A program made the translations under genes and the position numbers. Below, in pieces: positions 1 through 12,270 of a DNA stretch of 64,000 nt. The notes below the pieces were generated by a model that worked only from the letters and a program-made list of their open reading frames with translations, searched no databases and had not been told where the DNA came from. Position 1 is the first letter of the stretch. Every line of letters begins with the position of its first letter. The stretch covers positions 2,356,001-2,420,000 of the forward strand of contig CM074812.1 of assembly GCA_037447605.1 (NCBI GenBank). The letters are read 5' to 3'. This DNA is from Zygnema circumcarinatum SAG 698-1b. Taxonomy: Eukaryota; Plantae; Zygnematophyceae.

Positions 1-575
1 CTCAGATCTCTCTCTCTCGATCTTCCTCTCGCTCTCTCTATCCTCCTCTTTCTCTCCTTCACTCTAAGGTCTTTCTCTCGCTTCCCCTCCCTTGCTCTCA
101 GTTTTTCTCTCTCTCTCTTGTTCTTTCTCTCTCACTCTCTCTCGAGCGCATCCCCTCTCACTCTCCCACTCTCCTCTCTACCTTTCTCTCTTTTCTCTCT
201 ATCTCTCTCCTTCCCTCGCGATTGTTCTTTTTCTCTCCCTCCCCCTCCTCCCTCTTCCTATCCCCACTCCCTCTCCCCTCTCTCCTCTCCCGCTTCCCTC
301 ACTCACCCACGTCCTCCCTCCCTCCCTCCCTCCCTCCCTCCCTCCCTCCCTCCCTCCCTCCCCCCCTCCCTCTCCCCCCTCTTCCTATCCCCACTCCCTC
401 TCCCATCTCCCCTCTCCCGCTCCCATCACTCACCCACGTCCTCCCTCCCTCCCTCCCTCCCTCCCTCTCCCCCCTCTTCCTATCCCTACTCCCTCTCTCC
501 TCTCCCCTCTTCCCCTCCCCTCACTCACCCACGTCCTCCCTCCCTCTCTCCCTCTCTCCCTCCTCCCCCTCGCAG

Positions 576-3318
576 AAGGGTCTAGACTTCAAGGGCCCCG
601 TGTGCGTGTACAGTTGGCCCACTGTTGGGCGGCCCTCTGTGAGAGAGGGGTTGGGAGTGATCCGCCTCTACCGCCAGGACGAGGTCACCTCCGTACAGTC
701 GGCGCCGCACCTGCGGGTATGCTCCCTCTCTCTCTCTCTCTCCCTTCCTCTCTCTCTCCCCTCTCTCCCACTTTCTCTCTCTCTCTCTCTCGCTCTCTCT
801 CTTTCTCTCGCTCTCGCTCTCTCTGGTTCACTTTCTATCTATTTCCATCTCTCTCTCTCTCACTCGCACTCTTTTTCTTTTTATCATTCTTGCTCGCTGT
901 CGCTCTCGGTCTCTTCTTCTCTCTCCCTCGCTCTCTTTCCATTGACCTTTCCCATCCCTTTGCCTCCTCTAATAACTTCTCCCTCCCTCCCCTCCCTCCC
1001 TCCCTTTCCCCCCACCCGCCCCCCCTCCCTCCCTCCCNNNNNNNNNNCCCTCCCTCCCTCCCTCCCTCCCTCCCTCCCTCAGGACGTGATCAAACTCCTC
1101 TCCAAGGAGGTGGGTGCTTCCAACCTCCACATTGTGGCCTACTCCATGGGTGCGCGCACACTCCTAGAGGCGCTGCGCCTGCTTGAAGCGGAGGACCTCT
1201 CTCCCTCCGCAGGTGTCACGTCACACCTCTACTTCATGGCTCCGGATGCGACCGCTCCCTTCTTCTCTCAAGTAGCGAGAGAGTTCAAATACCCGAAAGC
1301 AAAGATGCGGAGGCTGGGGAAGGAGGGAGAGGGAGAGGGGGAGGGAGTGGGAGAGGGAGAGAGAGTGAAGGTGGTAGAGGATGTGATAGCGGAGCCAAGT
1401 CAGATTATGGACTTCTCGGAGGGGTGTTCGATGAAGGGAGTGGGGAGGGAGGGAGAGGAGGAGGAGGAGGAGAGAGAGGAGAAGAAGAGAGAGGAGGTAA
1501 AGGAGGGAGAGAGAGAGCGAGAGAGAGGGAGGGGAGAGAGAGAGACCGTGTTCGCTGTGTTAGAGCAGCTCGCTGACCTCTCCTCTAATATAGTGGGAGA
1601 TACAGTCTCTGCTATTAGACAAGCTGGTCAGGTTTGGAGAGAAGGAAGAAAGCAGGGTTGGACAGAAGCCCTAAGAGCAGTTTTCGGACCCGAGGAATCG
1701 AACCCGCGACCTGATGTTTCCGAAGGCCGGAATAACGCCCACATTCATCTGTACGCGGCCCAAAACGACATTGCGCTCCTATTGTCGGAACTGATGGATA
1801 GGGGCACGCCCCAAATTAGGGCGGGGAGAAGGACGAGGGAGTTTCTGTTGTGCAATAACGACACGTTCGATACGATCGATGCGTCAGCCCTAAAGTCAGG
1901 CCTACTCACGACGGGTCACTTCTACCTATTTCATAGGATTGTTAGGGCTGACATGCGACACGTGGTCGACGGAAGAACGGACGTTCCATGGTGGAGGCAG
2001 ATGGCGAGATGGAAACATTTCCGTTACGTGAAACTGAGGCACATAGAGCCGCCGCGGGGGGTGAAGGAGGAGGGGGGGGTGGGGAGGGAGGGGGGAGGGA
2101 GAGGGGGATGGAGGGAGGAGATGAGGAGGGAGTTGGAGATGGCGCCCAAGGTAAGGAAGGATGGTAGGATTTTAGGGGGAGGGTTTTAGGGGGATGGTTT
2201 TAGGGGAAGAGGGTTTTAGGGGAAGAGGGTTTTGAGGGGAGTGTTTAAGAGGGAGAGGGTTTAAGAGGGAGAGGGTTTAAGAGGGAGAGGGTTTAAGGGT
2301 GAGGGTTTTAGGGAGAGGGTTTTAGGGGAGGGTTTTAGGGTGAGGGTTGTAGGGGGAGGGTTGTAGGGGGAGGGTTTTAGGTGGAGGGTTGTAGGGCGAG
2401 GGTTTAATAGGAAAATGGGTTTTAAAGGAAAAAGGGTTTTAGTGGGAGGGTTTTAGGGGTAGGGTTTTAGGGGGAGGGTTTTAGGGGGAGGGTTTTAGGG
2501 AGAGGGTTTTAGGGAGAGGGTTTTAGGGAGAGGGTTTTAGGGGGAGGGTTTTAGGGAGAGGGTTTTATTGGGAGGGTTTTAGGGGGAGGGTTTAAGGGGG
2601 AGAGGGTTTTAGGGGGAGGTTTTAGGGGGAAGAGTTTAGGGGGAGGGTTTTAGGGGGAGGGTGGGAGATGGTTTTAGGGGGAGGGTTTAAGAGGGAGAGG
2701 GTTTTTAGGGGGAGGGTTTTAGGGGGAGGTTTTAGGGGAAAAGGGTTTTAGGGGGAGGGGTTTAGGGGGAGGGTTTAAGAGGGAGAGGGTTGCAGGGGGA
2801 GGGTTTTAGGGGGAGGGTTTTAGTGGGAGGGTTTAAGGGGGAGAGGGTTTTAGGGGGAAGAGTTTAGGGGGAGGGTTTAAGAGGGAGAGGGTTTTAGGGG
2901 GAGGGTTTTAGGGGGAGGTTTTAGGGGAAATGGGTTTTATGGGGAGGGGTTTAGGGGGAGGGTTTAAGAGGGAGAGGGTTGCAGGGGGAGGGTTTTAGTG
3001 GGAGGGTTTTTACAGAAACCTTGGAATCCTCTCTTGAAAAACCCTAAAAACATTTCCCCACTGCTATGGTCATCAGAAACTCTAGAAACCTAAAACCCTA
3101 AAAACCCTAGAAACCTTGGGCCTTCAGAATCTCTAAAATCACTGAAAACCCGACGAGCTTTGAAATCATCCAAAACCCTTTAAAACTCTGAACCCTAACA
3201 ATTCCGATATCCTAGCTCTTTCCTATTCTCTGATTTTCTTAATTTAATTTTTGTTCGTTTTTTTTTTTTCTTGGTTTTTCAGGTCACAACCTCTCCGTTG
3301 TTGTGGGCCTCTCCATGA
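576..3318 (+). CDS. DUF900-type alpha/beta hydrolase, 3' portion (exons 576-716, 1083-2150, 3283-3318; 5' exons lie upstream of the window)
   Basis: GT-AG junctions keep the frame (141, 1068 and 36 nt). Motifs YSWP, HIVAYSMGAR (nucleophile elbow), FMAPD, HLYAAQNDIAL, RAG, DTIDAS and GHFY follow the order I recall for DUF900 hydrolases. Confidence 0.75.
2170..3200. repeat. Degenerate telomere-like tract in an intron: G-rich (GGGGAGGGTTTTA-like) 2170-3010, then C-rich (AAACCCTA-like) about 3037-3200
   Basis: Dozens of TTTAGGG/TTTTAGGG variants read directly from the sequence. Confidence 0.8.
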
Positions 3319-4731
3319 GAGCCGGAGGATTCTGTTTTCCCGAATTTGAAATCGGTATTTTGCAAAAGTAGGATTTGTAGTTTATTGGATGCCGAAATTC
3401 CCGGGCGCGGTATTGTTATTGGTTTCGATGTCAGCGCCTTCCGTTGGACCGTTCCGTTAAACTGTTCGACATGGAGCGTGGTTTTGGCTGCTGCAAGAAT
3501 TTGCCTTTTTTAGGGTTTTAGGATTTTTAGGGTTTTGGAGAGCTCCATTTTTTTCAAATAAGAGGGGATGCAGAGGGGTCCACCCTGCTTCACTTTTTTT
3601 TTTTCTTTTTTTTGGTAACGAGATATTTTCTGAAACGGTGGAACGCTTCAGCGTAAACCGGCGTTCTATGCATAAATTGGAATGCTTGGTAACGTCAAAC
3701 TGCCACATGGAGAAGGGTTTGGAAAAAAAAAAAAAAAGCTGATTGATTACAGTAATTAGGAAGATTTGAGCAAATTTTTGGGACCGGTTTTTTGTCGGTA
3801 GGATTTTTCGGGAGTACAAAAAAACGGAGAGGACTACATTTTATCAAAAAAACCAAAAACTAAGTTTTTCAAACCTTCTAAACCTCTCGACCGAGGGGGA
3901 GTGAGCATCAGTGAGAAGAGCGAGGTGGCTTTGAAACCTAAAACCGAAACTAAAATTTAAACTAACTAAATTCACTAAAAAACATGTACTCTCTTTAGCT
4001 CCTACCTGCACAGTGTGTCTATTGCTACATTACAAAACACCCCTCACTCTCTCACTCACTCCCTCTCTATCCCTCTCTCTCTCTCGCTATCTCTCTTTCG
4101 ATACCGGCAACACCCCGCTCCCCCTCTCTTTTTCCTTCTCTCCTCTCCACTTCCACCAGGACATTCCTCTCCCGCTCTCCTCCACTCTCCCTCTCCCACT
4201 CCCTCCTCCCCTCCCCCTCCCCCCTCCTCCCCCTCCCTCCCCCCCCTCCTCCTCGCCCTCCCTCCCCCCCCTCCCTCTCCCTCTCCNNNNNNNNNNGAGG
4301 GAGAGGGAGAGGGAGAGGGAGAGGGAGAGGGAGAGGGAGAGGGAGTGGGAGAGGGCGAGGGAGAGAGAGTAGAAGAGAGTGAGGGAGAAATAGGTTAGAG
4401 TGAGGGGGAGGGAGGGAGAGGGAGTAGGTGAGAGTGAGGGGGAGGGAAAGGAGGGGGAGAGGGCAGGGGGAGGGGGACGGGGAACGGGAAGAGAGTCGGG
4501 GAGGGGGAGAAGGGGTGGAGGGGGAGATGGAAAGTGGGGGAAGGAAGCGGGAGAGAGAGAGAGAGTGAAAGAGGGGGGGGGGGGGACGAGAAGGGGAAGC
4601 AGGAACGAGAGATGGGGAATAAGGAGAGGTGAAGAACGACAAGAGAGAGAGAGTGAGTAGTTAGGGTGAGATTGAGAGAATCGGCACAAAGTGGGAGAAC
4701 GAGGGAGAGAGAGGGAGGACAGTGCACTCAC

Positions 4732-6273
4732 TTGCTCCCACCCTTTATCTCCGTCCTCTTCCAATTGTTTGACCATAGCCCTCAAGAATTTTATGCTTGC
4801 AGCTACAAGAAAAAGTAATGGAAAAAAAACCAAACTGTACTTGTCAGTGCGATGAAGACATACATGTGTATATGTACGTACAGGCGGAGGGGAAGGGAGA
4901 GGGAGAGGGAGAGGGAGACAGAGCGAGGGAGAGGGAGAGGGAGACAGAGCGAGGAAGAGGAAGAGGGAGAGGGAGACAGAGCGAGGGAGAGGGAGAGGGA
5001 GAGGGAGATAGAGCGAGGAAGAGGGAATGGGAGAGGAAGGGGGAGAGGGAGAGGGAGAGGAAGAGGGAGGGGGAGAGGGAGGGAGAGGGAGTAGGTGAGA
5101 GTGAGGGGGAGGGAGGGAGGGAGAGGAAGAGGGAGAGGAAGAGAGAGGGAGAGGGAGTAGGTGAGAGTGAGGGGGAGGGAGAGGGAGAGGGATAGGGAAA
5201 GGAACAGGACGAAGAAGGGAAAGAGGAAGAGGAAGTGGACGAGGAAGAGGAAGTGGACGAGGAAAAGGAAGAGGGAGAGGGAGAGAAAGAGAGAGGGAGA
5301 GCGAGAGGGAGAGGGTTCGAGGGGTTTACGAATTCAGTGTTTTAGGCTTTTTTTTGGGGTTCGTACCGGATGAGCGAACGAACAATACTCCCGTACTGAG
5401 GCAGATAGGGAGGTCAACATAAAGATTTTTCCAGACCCCACATTGAAAGTCTTTCACAAGTTCTGCATTTTGACCGTCGCTTGTAATGACATCAGTTAAA
5501 GCCTGCACATCTCCTCGCCCTCATTTGAAGTGAGTTAGTGCCTTGAAACTATCAATATGTGGAGAAATTTGAAGGAGAAACCCTGTAAGTGAATACCTAG
5601 TAAGGAAGTCTCTCTCTCTCTCATCCCTCTCTTCGTCTCCCTCTCTCTCTCTCTCGTCTCTCTCTCCTCCTATCCCGCTTTCTCGTCCCTCTGCACTCTC
5701 TTGTCCCTCTTCCTGTCCCACTCCCTCTCCCTCTCCCTCTCCCCCCTACCTATCCCCCTCCCTCTCCCATCCCCCCCTCCCTCTCCCTCTCCCGCTTCCT
5801 CTCCCACTCCCCCCTCCCTCTCCCTCTCCCTCTCGCTCTCCCTCTCCCTCTCCCTCTCCCTCTCCCTCTCCCTCTCCCTCTCCCGCTTCCACTCCCCCAT
5901 CCCTCGCCCTCTCCCTCTCCCCTCTCCCTCTCCCTCTCCCTCTCCCCTCTCCCACTCCCCTCTCCCCACTCCCCCTCCCCCTCTCACTCCCTCTCTCTCT
6001 CCCTCTACGTATCGAAGCATGAAAGTATGAAGGGAGTAAAGCTTTGTACCTGAATGTCATAGGACATGTCCCATGTTGTGAACAAATTTTTCATTACAAC
6101 TGCGTCGTTGTCCATGAAGACTGCATGGAACCCCAATTCCGTCATCCGTAACAGGTAGTACCATTTCAGAGCTACCGGACGCCCTTTGTAAACCTGAAGT
6201 CAAAGAGAGGGAAAGAGAGATAGAGAGGGGGAAAGGAGGGAGGAGGATGGGGAAAGAGAGTGAGAGAGAGAGA

Positions 6274-6310
<37 letters not shown>

Positions 6311-6998
6311 ATAGCTTAGAACATTTGCGTGGAAAACGAGGCGAGCTTATCCAAATTAAGAAGAAAAACTAGTAGAAGAAAAGAACTAACGCTTATGCAC
6401 TTCCAACTTTTTTTCCTCTCTTCCGTCTCTCCGTCTGAGTTGGCCACTCCGTCCTCCTCTCTCTCCTCTCTCTCTCTCCCTATCCCTCTCCCTTCCTCCC
6501 CCCTCTCCCTCTCCCATTCGCCCTCCCCCCACCCGCTCTCTCCACCATCTCTCCCTCCCCACTCCCTTCCTCCCCCCTCTCCCTCTCCCCTCTGTCCCTC
6601 CCCGCACCCTCACCCTCCCCGCTACCTTCCTCCCGCCTCTCCCTCTCCCATTCGCCCTCCCCCCACCCTCTCCCTCCCCCCTCTCTCCCTCCCCACTCCC
6701 TTCCCCCCCCTCTCCCTCTCCCCTCTGTCCCTCCCCCCACCCCCTCCCTCCCCACTCTCGTCCTCCCTCCTCTCCCTCTCCCCACTCTCCTCTCCCCCAC
6801 CCTCTGCCCCTCCCTCTCCCACCCTCTCCCTCTCCCATTCGCCCTTCCCCCACCCTCTCCCTCCCCCTCACCCTCCCCTCTCCTCTCCCTCTCCCTTCCN
6901 NNNNNNNNNCGCAAAATTGTAATTGAAAGCCGTCATTCCGCTTACTGCATCGTCCTGTCAATGCAAAAATAAATGCACAAAAAAATATGAGGGGGGGA

Positions 6999-7048
<50 letters not shown>

Positions 7049-7394
7049 GAGAGAGAGGGAGTGAGAGAGTGAGAGAGAGAGGGAGTGAGAGAGCGAAAGA
7101 GAGAGAGAGTGAGGAGAGAGAGAGAGAGGGGGGAGGGAAAAAACAGAAAACCGAGCCCAATACTAAGGACAGATGAACAACATTGATATAGGGAAAAATG
7201 GAAGGGGTTAACTTTATCGAGGTTCAACTTTGATGGTTAACTCTATGAAAGGGTAGGTGGGTTTTCTCTCTTTTTTTCACACTCTCCCTCCCTCTTTCTC
7301 TCTCTCTCTCTCTCCCTCTCTCTCTCTTTCTCTCTCTCTCGTTCTCTCGTTCTCTCTCTTTCTCTCTCTCTCTCTCTGTTTTCTCTCTCTCTCG

Positions 7395-7447
<53 letters not shown>

Positions 7448-7596
7448 CTCTCTACATTTCGGTTAAGGGCAAGTACTAACTTGAAGGTTTCCGACGTCGT
7501 CTTTTCGGATATCAAAAGTGGTAAAGACGAGCTGCTTTTTGGAGTTGCTGACGCACGAGAGCACGTGCTCCAAACTCTTCTCTGAGATCGTGAATC

Positions 7597-7659
<63 letters not shown>

Positions 7660-8628
7660 GGAGAGAGATAGAGAGAGAGACGGAGAAAGAGCGAGAGTGA
7701 GAGGGAGAGGGAGAGGGAGAGTGGGTGAGAGGAACCACGGTAAGCGATGGAGAGAGGGCCGGGTGACTAAGGGAACGAGGGAGACGGAGAGTGAGAGAGG
7801 GGAGAACGGGAGGGGGAGAGAGAAAGGGAGAGGGAAGAAAGGGGAGAAGGAAGAGAGAGAGAGAGGGGGAGAGCGAAGAGGGAGAGAGAGCGGGAGAGGG
7901 TAGAGTGAGAAAGAGAGAAAGAGAAACGGAGGGAGAAGGGAGAGGGAGAGGGAGGTGGAGAGACCGAGGGGGTGGGAGTGCGGGAGGGAGGGAGGGGAGA
8001 AGGGATGGAGAGAGGAAGAGAGAGAGAGGGGGAGAGATAGAAGACGGGTGTCCTGAACTGAACCTTATTCTTAACCTTTTAATATTTTAAATTTCAAGAA
8101 TTAACAAAAATAATTAAGAACAATAAAACTAATAATAATAATAATAATAATAATCAGAAAATTTCAATGTTTAAACATACGGAAAGCAAGAAACTGACCT
8201 GGCGGATTGTCGAAGCCGTTCCATTCCGTAATCTGTAACGGATCTGTGTTGCATCTAAGAACTCCCCTCATTTTCCTCTGCCACGTGTCTCTCTCCACAA
8301 CCGCCACGTCAGCCTTTAGCTGCTGCGTTTCCACCACCCCATTAACCACATTTCCCGATGTTCCCGAATTTTCCGAATTTGTCAAATTTTCCGAATTTTC
8401 CAAGTGTTTGGGCCCTTCGGAATTGAAGGTTTCCGAGGAGGAAAGAGGGAGAATGGAGCCGGAGGGTCCACATGACGGCCCAGTTCCGTAACGCAGCACG
8501 GAACTGGAGAGAGCTGTGAACGCAGCCACTGTACATAGAACGCCAGCTGTCGCTGAGACCACTGCAATGAGGAACCATCTGGGGACGCGTAAACTCAGTT
8601 CGTGGTCGGCATGGAACCCCTTCGACAT
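4732..8628 (-). CDS. Nucleotide-diphospho-sugar transferase (GT77/Nucleotid_trans-like), type II membrane protein; 3' end unresolved
   Basis: Phase-consistent exons 8628-8199, 7596-7481, 6954-6910 (ends at an N gap), 6193-6050, 5502-5367 and 4802-4732. N-terminal TM helix (WFLIAVVSATAGVLCTVAAF), KWYYLLRMTELGFHAVFMDNDAV with a DxD motif, DIQALTD, STGVLFVRS and GWEQ. Confidence 0.75.
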
Positions 8629-10122
8629 GGTCTCTCTCTCTCTCTCTCACTCTCTCTCTCTCTCTCTCTCTCTCTTTTTCTCTCTCTCTGTGTCTCTTCT
8701 CTATGTGTCCGTCTCACTATCTCTTTCTCTTTCTCTCTCTCTCACTCTCTCTTCTCTATTTGTCCGTCTCTCTCGCTTCCTCTTTCTCTCTCTCTCTCTT
8801 CCCTCTCTCTTTGTCTGACTCTCTCCTTCGCTTTCTCTTTCTCTCTCTCTTCTCTCTCTCTCTGTGTCTGACTCTCTCTCTTTCTCTCTTCCTCTCCTAA
8901 TCCCTCTCTCTACCTTTCCACTTTCTCTACCTATCCTTTCCTCTCTTTCTCTCCCATCTCCCCCTCTCTGCCTCTACCTCCCAATCCCTCTCTTCCCACT
9001 CCCTCACTTTCTCTGTCGCTCGTCCTCTCTCCACCCGTACAACCCTCTGTCTCTCTTCTCCTTATATCTTCCCCTTAACTCCTCTGCTCAACACTCCCTC
9101 TCCCCTCTCACTCTCCCTCTCACTCTCCCTCTCCCTCTCCCTCTCCTTCTCCCTCTCTTCCTCCCTCTCTTCCTCCCTCTCCCTCTCCCTGTCCCTCTCC
9201 CTCGCCTCGTCCACTCCCCCTCTTCCTCCCTCTCCCTCCCCCACCGACGTACGATAGCTGTCACGAGCATTTTTCCAGTTTACGAACCGCCGCCGCCCCG
9301 TCCGCGGCCGCCAAAATTTGGACCGACCGTCCGGTTACGTCTAACCGAAAGGTACAACACAGCCGTTGGGATGACGCCATAATCGGTTATTTCTCATATG
9401 TAAATCGCCCGACTCTGCCAGTATTTGTTACCGACGGTCGTCCCCAGTCACATTGGTTGCCGGCTCCGGTTCGGCCAATCGCCTTGCGCCGTTACACGTG
9501 CAAGGATTCCTCCCACCACTCACTGTGTGCCACGTGACTATCTATGCAATCGAGCGGAGCGTTTGACTGTGATTCTAGAACTGTCACATGGAGCCCCGAA
9601 GCTTGGACATAAAAGGTGATGTCACCGTTCCGGATATTGACGTCGTCAATTTTGTCTTTTTGAGCTTCACCACCACAAACGACAAACCACAAAAGCGACA
9701 CAAGTGAGCAGGTCCTTCGCCATGTCAGTTTTTTTGTCGGTTTTAAGAGCACCATCCAATAGAAAATCACCACGTAAGCAGTCATGTGTCACGTGGAAGT
9801 ATATTATTGGTCCTGCGTTGCCACATAAGCCAAAGTTCGCAATGGACAAATGCAGGATTTTCGGACCACCCAATCGTGGGAGGTTCCGGGAATCCGGCGA
9901 ATCCCAGAGGGGTCTATGTGGTTGCCACGTGGCTCTCCAGGTGCATGAGGAGCCACGTGGCGGTCCTCCATTAGTGATTAAAAGAGTCCAGCCACTTGGC
10001 GGCCGTCATTGGAGATCGGCCTGTCTAGCCACGTGGCGGACCTCCATTGGTGGTCGGCTTGTTGTCCAGTATTCTTTCATGAGTTGCGGGGCGGTTCTGT
10101 TGGAGACGCGGCTTCCTCGCCA

Positions 10123-10230
10123 TGACGTGACGTGACGTGACGTGACGTGACGTGACGTGACGTGACGTGACGTGACGTGACGTGACGTGAGCGTGAGCGT
10201 GAGCGTGAGCGTGAGCGTGAGCGTGAGCGT
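10123..10230. repeat. Microsatellite (CGTGA)13 switching to (GCGTGA)6
   Basis: Read directly. Related short (CGTGA)n tracts lie at about 11955-12000 and 63548-63580. Confidence 0.9.
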
Positions 10231-10788
10231 GGTGACGTCATCCCTGATGTTCTGAAGGGGCTGCTCTTTGAAGTTTAATACCGTTAAGCGTGACGTCAGC
10301 ATGGGAGAGGGTACGGTACGTACCGTACTACCGTATGGGAGGCCACGAACGAGCCGTTCGTTGGGCCAACCATTGTTTCGCGACCAAAGCCAACTATTGG
10401 CAGTAGTGTCAACCATTGCGTTCAATGGCTTTCCAACCATAGCGAACCACTGGCCATTGGTTGAGCCAATGGTTAGGCTTCCATGACAACCCCCCATTTT
10501 CCAATCAGCGCTCGCCACGTGGTCACTGCCAATTGGCTGCTAGCCCACACGCCGATTTGCTAGGACAAATGTTGAGGATTTTCAAGTTCTGAGCTCCAAC
10601 AAATTTCTGAATTCGAGAGTTCTTTGTAGTTCTGCACAACGGAACAAAAACAGAAACAGACATAACACACTGAGCATGCACATGTATAATTCTGTACATT
10701 ACCGTACAACTATGTACAACCCGTACCAATCTGTACTAATCCGTGTCGTACGAACAAGGGTTCAGAGTCTACTGAAGGTTTTTAAAAT

Positions 10789-10910
10789 GGAGAACTATAT
10801 ACCGCCCCCTTTTTTTGGTTATCCCGCCACTGTTTTTTTGAAATCCGACCCTCCCATTTCGGCTATTTTGCCCCCCTCCCGCATTTTGGATATTTCGGGA
10901 GGAGATCGCC
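10789..10910 (+). mobile_element. Solo terminal inverted repeat of the GGAGAACTATATACCGCCC TIR family
   Basis: Matches the TIRs of the element at 21335-22004 (GGAGAACTATATACCGCCC..TTGGTTATCCCGCC.CTGTTTTTTTGAAATC..GATATTTCGGGAGGAGAT). No partner TIR found. Confidence 0.65.
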
Positions 10911-11494
10911 CCCCTGTTTTGAATATTTCATTCCCGGCCCTCCCGTCCTCTCCCCTCCCCTCCCCCTCCACTCCCCTCCCCTTCCCAGNNNNNNNNNNGG
11001 GAGAGGGAGAGGGAAAGGGAGAGGGAGAGGGAGAGGGAGGGAGAGGGAGTTCCCTCCCTCCCTCTCTGTTCCCTCTCAGTGGAGTTTTTAAACGGAAAAA
11101 CGGAACTGTGCACACGTAACGCGCATTCTTGCAAGGGGGAAAATAAACCCAAAAACTCCCAAAGCCCCATAACCCCAGAAATAGACTAAAAACTCCAAAA
11201 AAAAAAAAATCTCCCAATTCGACAAAAACCCCAAATGCTTTTGATTCCCAAAAGACCCCAAAACACAAAAAAATCCCAGAAACCCTCCAACCCTAAACCC
11301 CCCAAAACTTTCAAAGCCCCAAAAATGCCTTAAAACCTTTAACCCCTCCCCCTCCCCCCTCCCTTCTTCCCCCTCCCTTCCCCCTCCCTCCCTCCCTCCC
11401 TCCCTCCCTCCTCACCCCTCCCTCCCTCCCTCCCTCCCTCTCTCCATCTCCGCCCCCACCACCCACTACCTCCCCCCCCCTCCCACCCCCCAAC

Positions 11495-11705
11495 TCTAAA
11501 ACCCTAAACCCTAAACCCTAAACCCCTAACCCCCCCAACCCTACCGTAAAACCCTAAAACCCTAAAACCTTAAAACACTGAGTCCCTACACCCTCCAATC
11601 CTAAAACTCTGAAACCCTAAACCCTAACCCCCTACCTCCACCCCCCTAATCCTAAAACCCTAAAGCCCAAAAACTCAAGTCAACCCCCAACCCTAAACCC
11701 TAAAC
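11495..11705. repeat. Interstitial (CCCTAAA)n-like telomeric repeats
   Basis: Repeated AAACCCTA units, some in perfect runs. Confidence 0.8.
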
Positions 11706-12100
11706 ACTGGGACACAAAACCGGAAGCCAGGACACAATGACCCCTTCCCTTCCCCCCCTCGCCTCCATGCCTGCACACAGGCTCCAAGGCAGCATCCAAG
11801 CACAGGCAGGAGCATGAGGCCCCCACAGACACGCACCGGCCTGTACAACCACCATCACACACAACACACACACCCTGGAGACTTCCACACAGCAGCCATA
11901 AAGGCACTCTACAGCACGCACACACACCAGGCAGTATCCACGCCACGTGGACGTGACGTCACTTGGTTGACTTGACTTGACGTGACGTGACGTGACGTAA
12001 CATGAATGCAATAGACAAAAAGAAATAAAAAGACAAAAAAAAAACAAACAAAAAAATAAAAGTAGAAAATGGTGAATGCGACGAAGCGTTCCCTCACAAT

Positions 12101-12253
12101 GGCCACGTGTCCTTCTGAGAGGCCCTTTGGCAGCGCCCCCTCTGCCACGTGGCGCGCCCCCGCGCCGCCCCCCGCCTTCCCCAGCGCCGAGGAGAGGGCT
12201 CCGCAGGCGCCCGCCAGGCAACACGTGGCAAGCGCCCGGACCCGTTCCATGGC
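12101..12253 (-). CDS. Probable first exon of a small membrane protein, weakly TMEM42/EamA-like; downstream exons not resolved
   Basis: GCCATGG start context, [27 protein letters not shown] (recalls the TMEM42 AGxCGALAAxxAK segment) and an ATT|GTGAGG donor followed by a T-rich intron. Confidence 0.3.
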
Positions 12254-12270
12254 CGCCGGCACAACAGCCT

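Noticed and set aside
9492-9785. 97-aa ORF with a hydrophobic stretch
   Set aside because: No recognisable family or splice support, and it lies in a G-box-rich promoter-like region; it cannot be supported as a gene.
10006-10518. 170-aa ORF with TLTL and VTSRH repeats
   Set aside because: The repeats are just the translated (GCGTGA)n and (CGTGA)n microsatellites.
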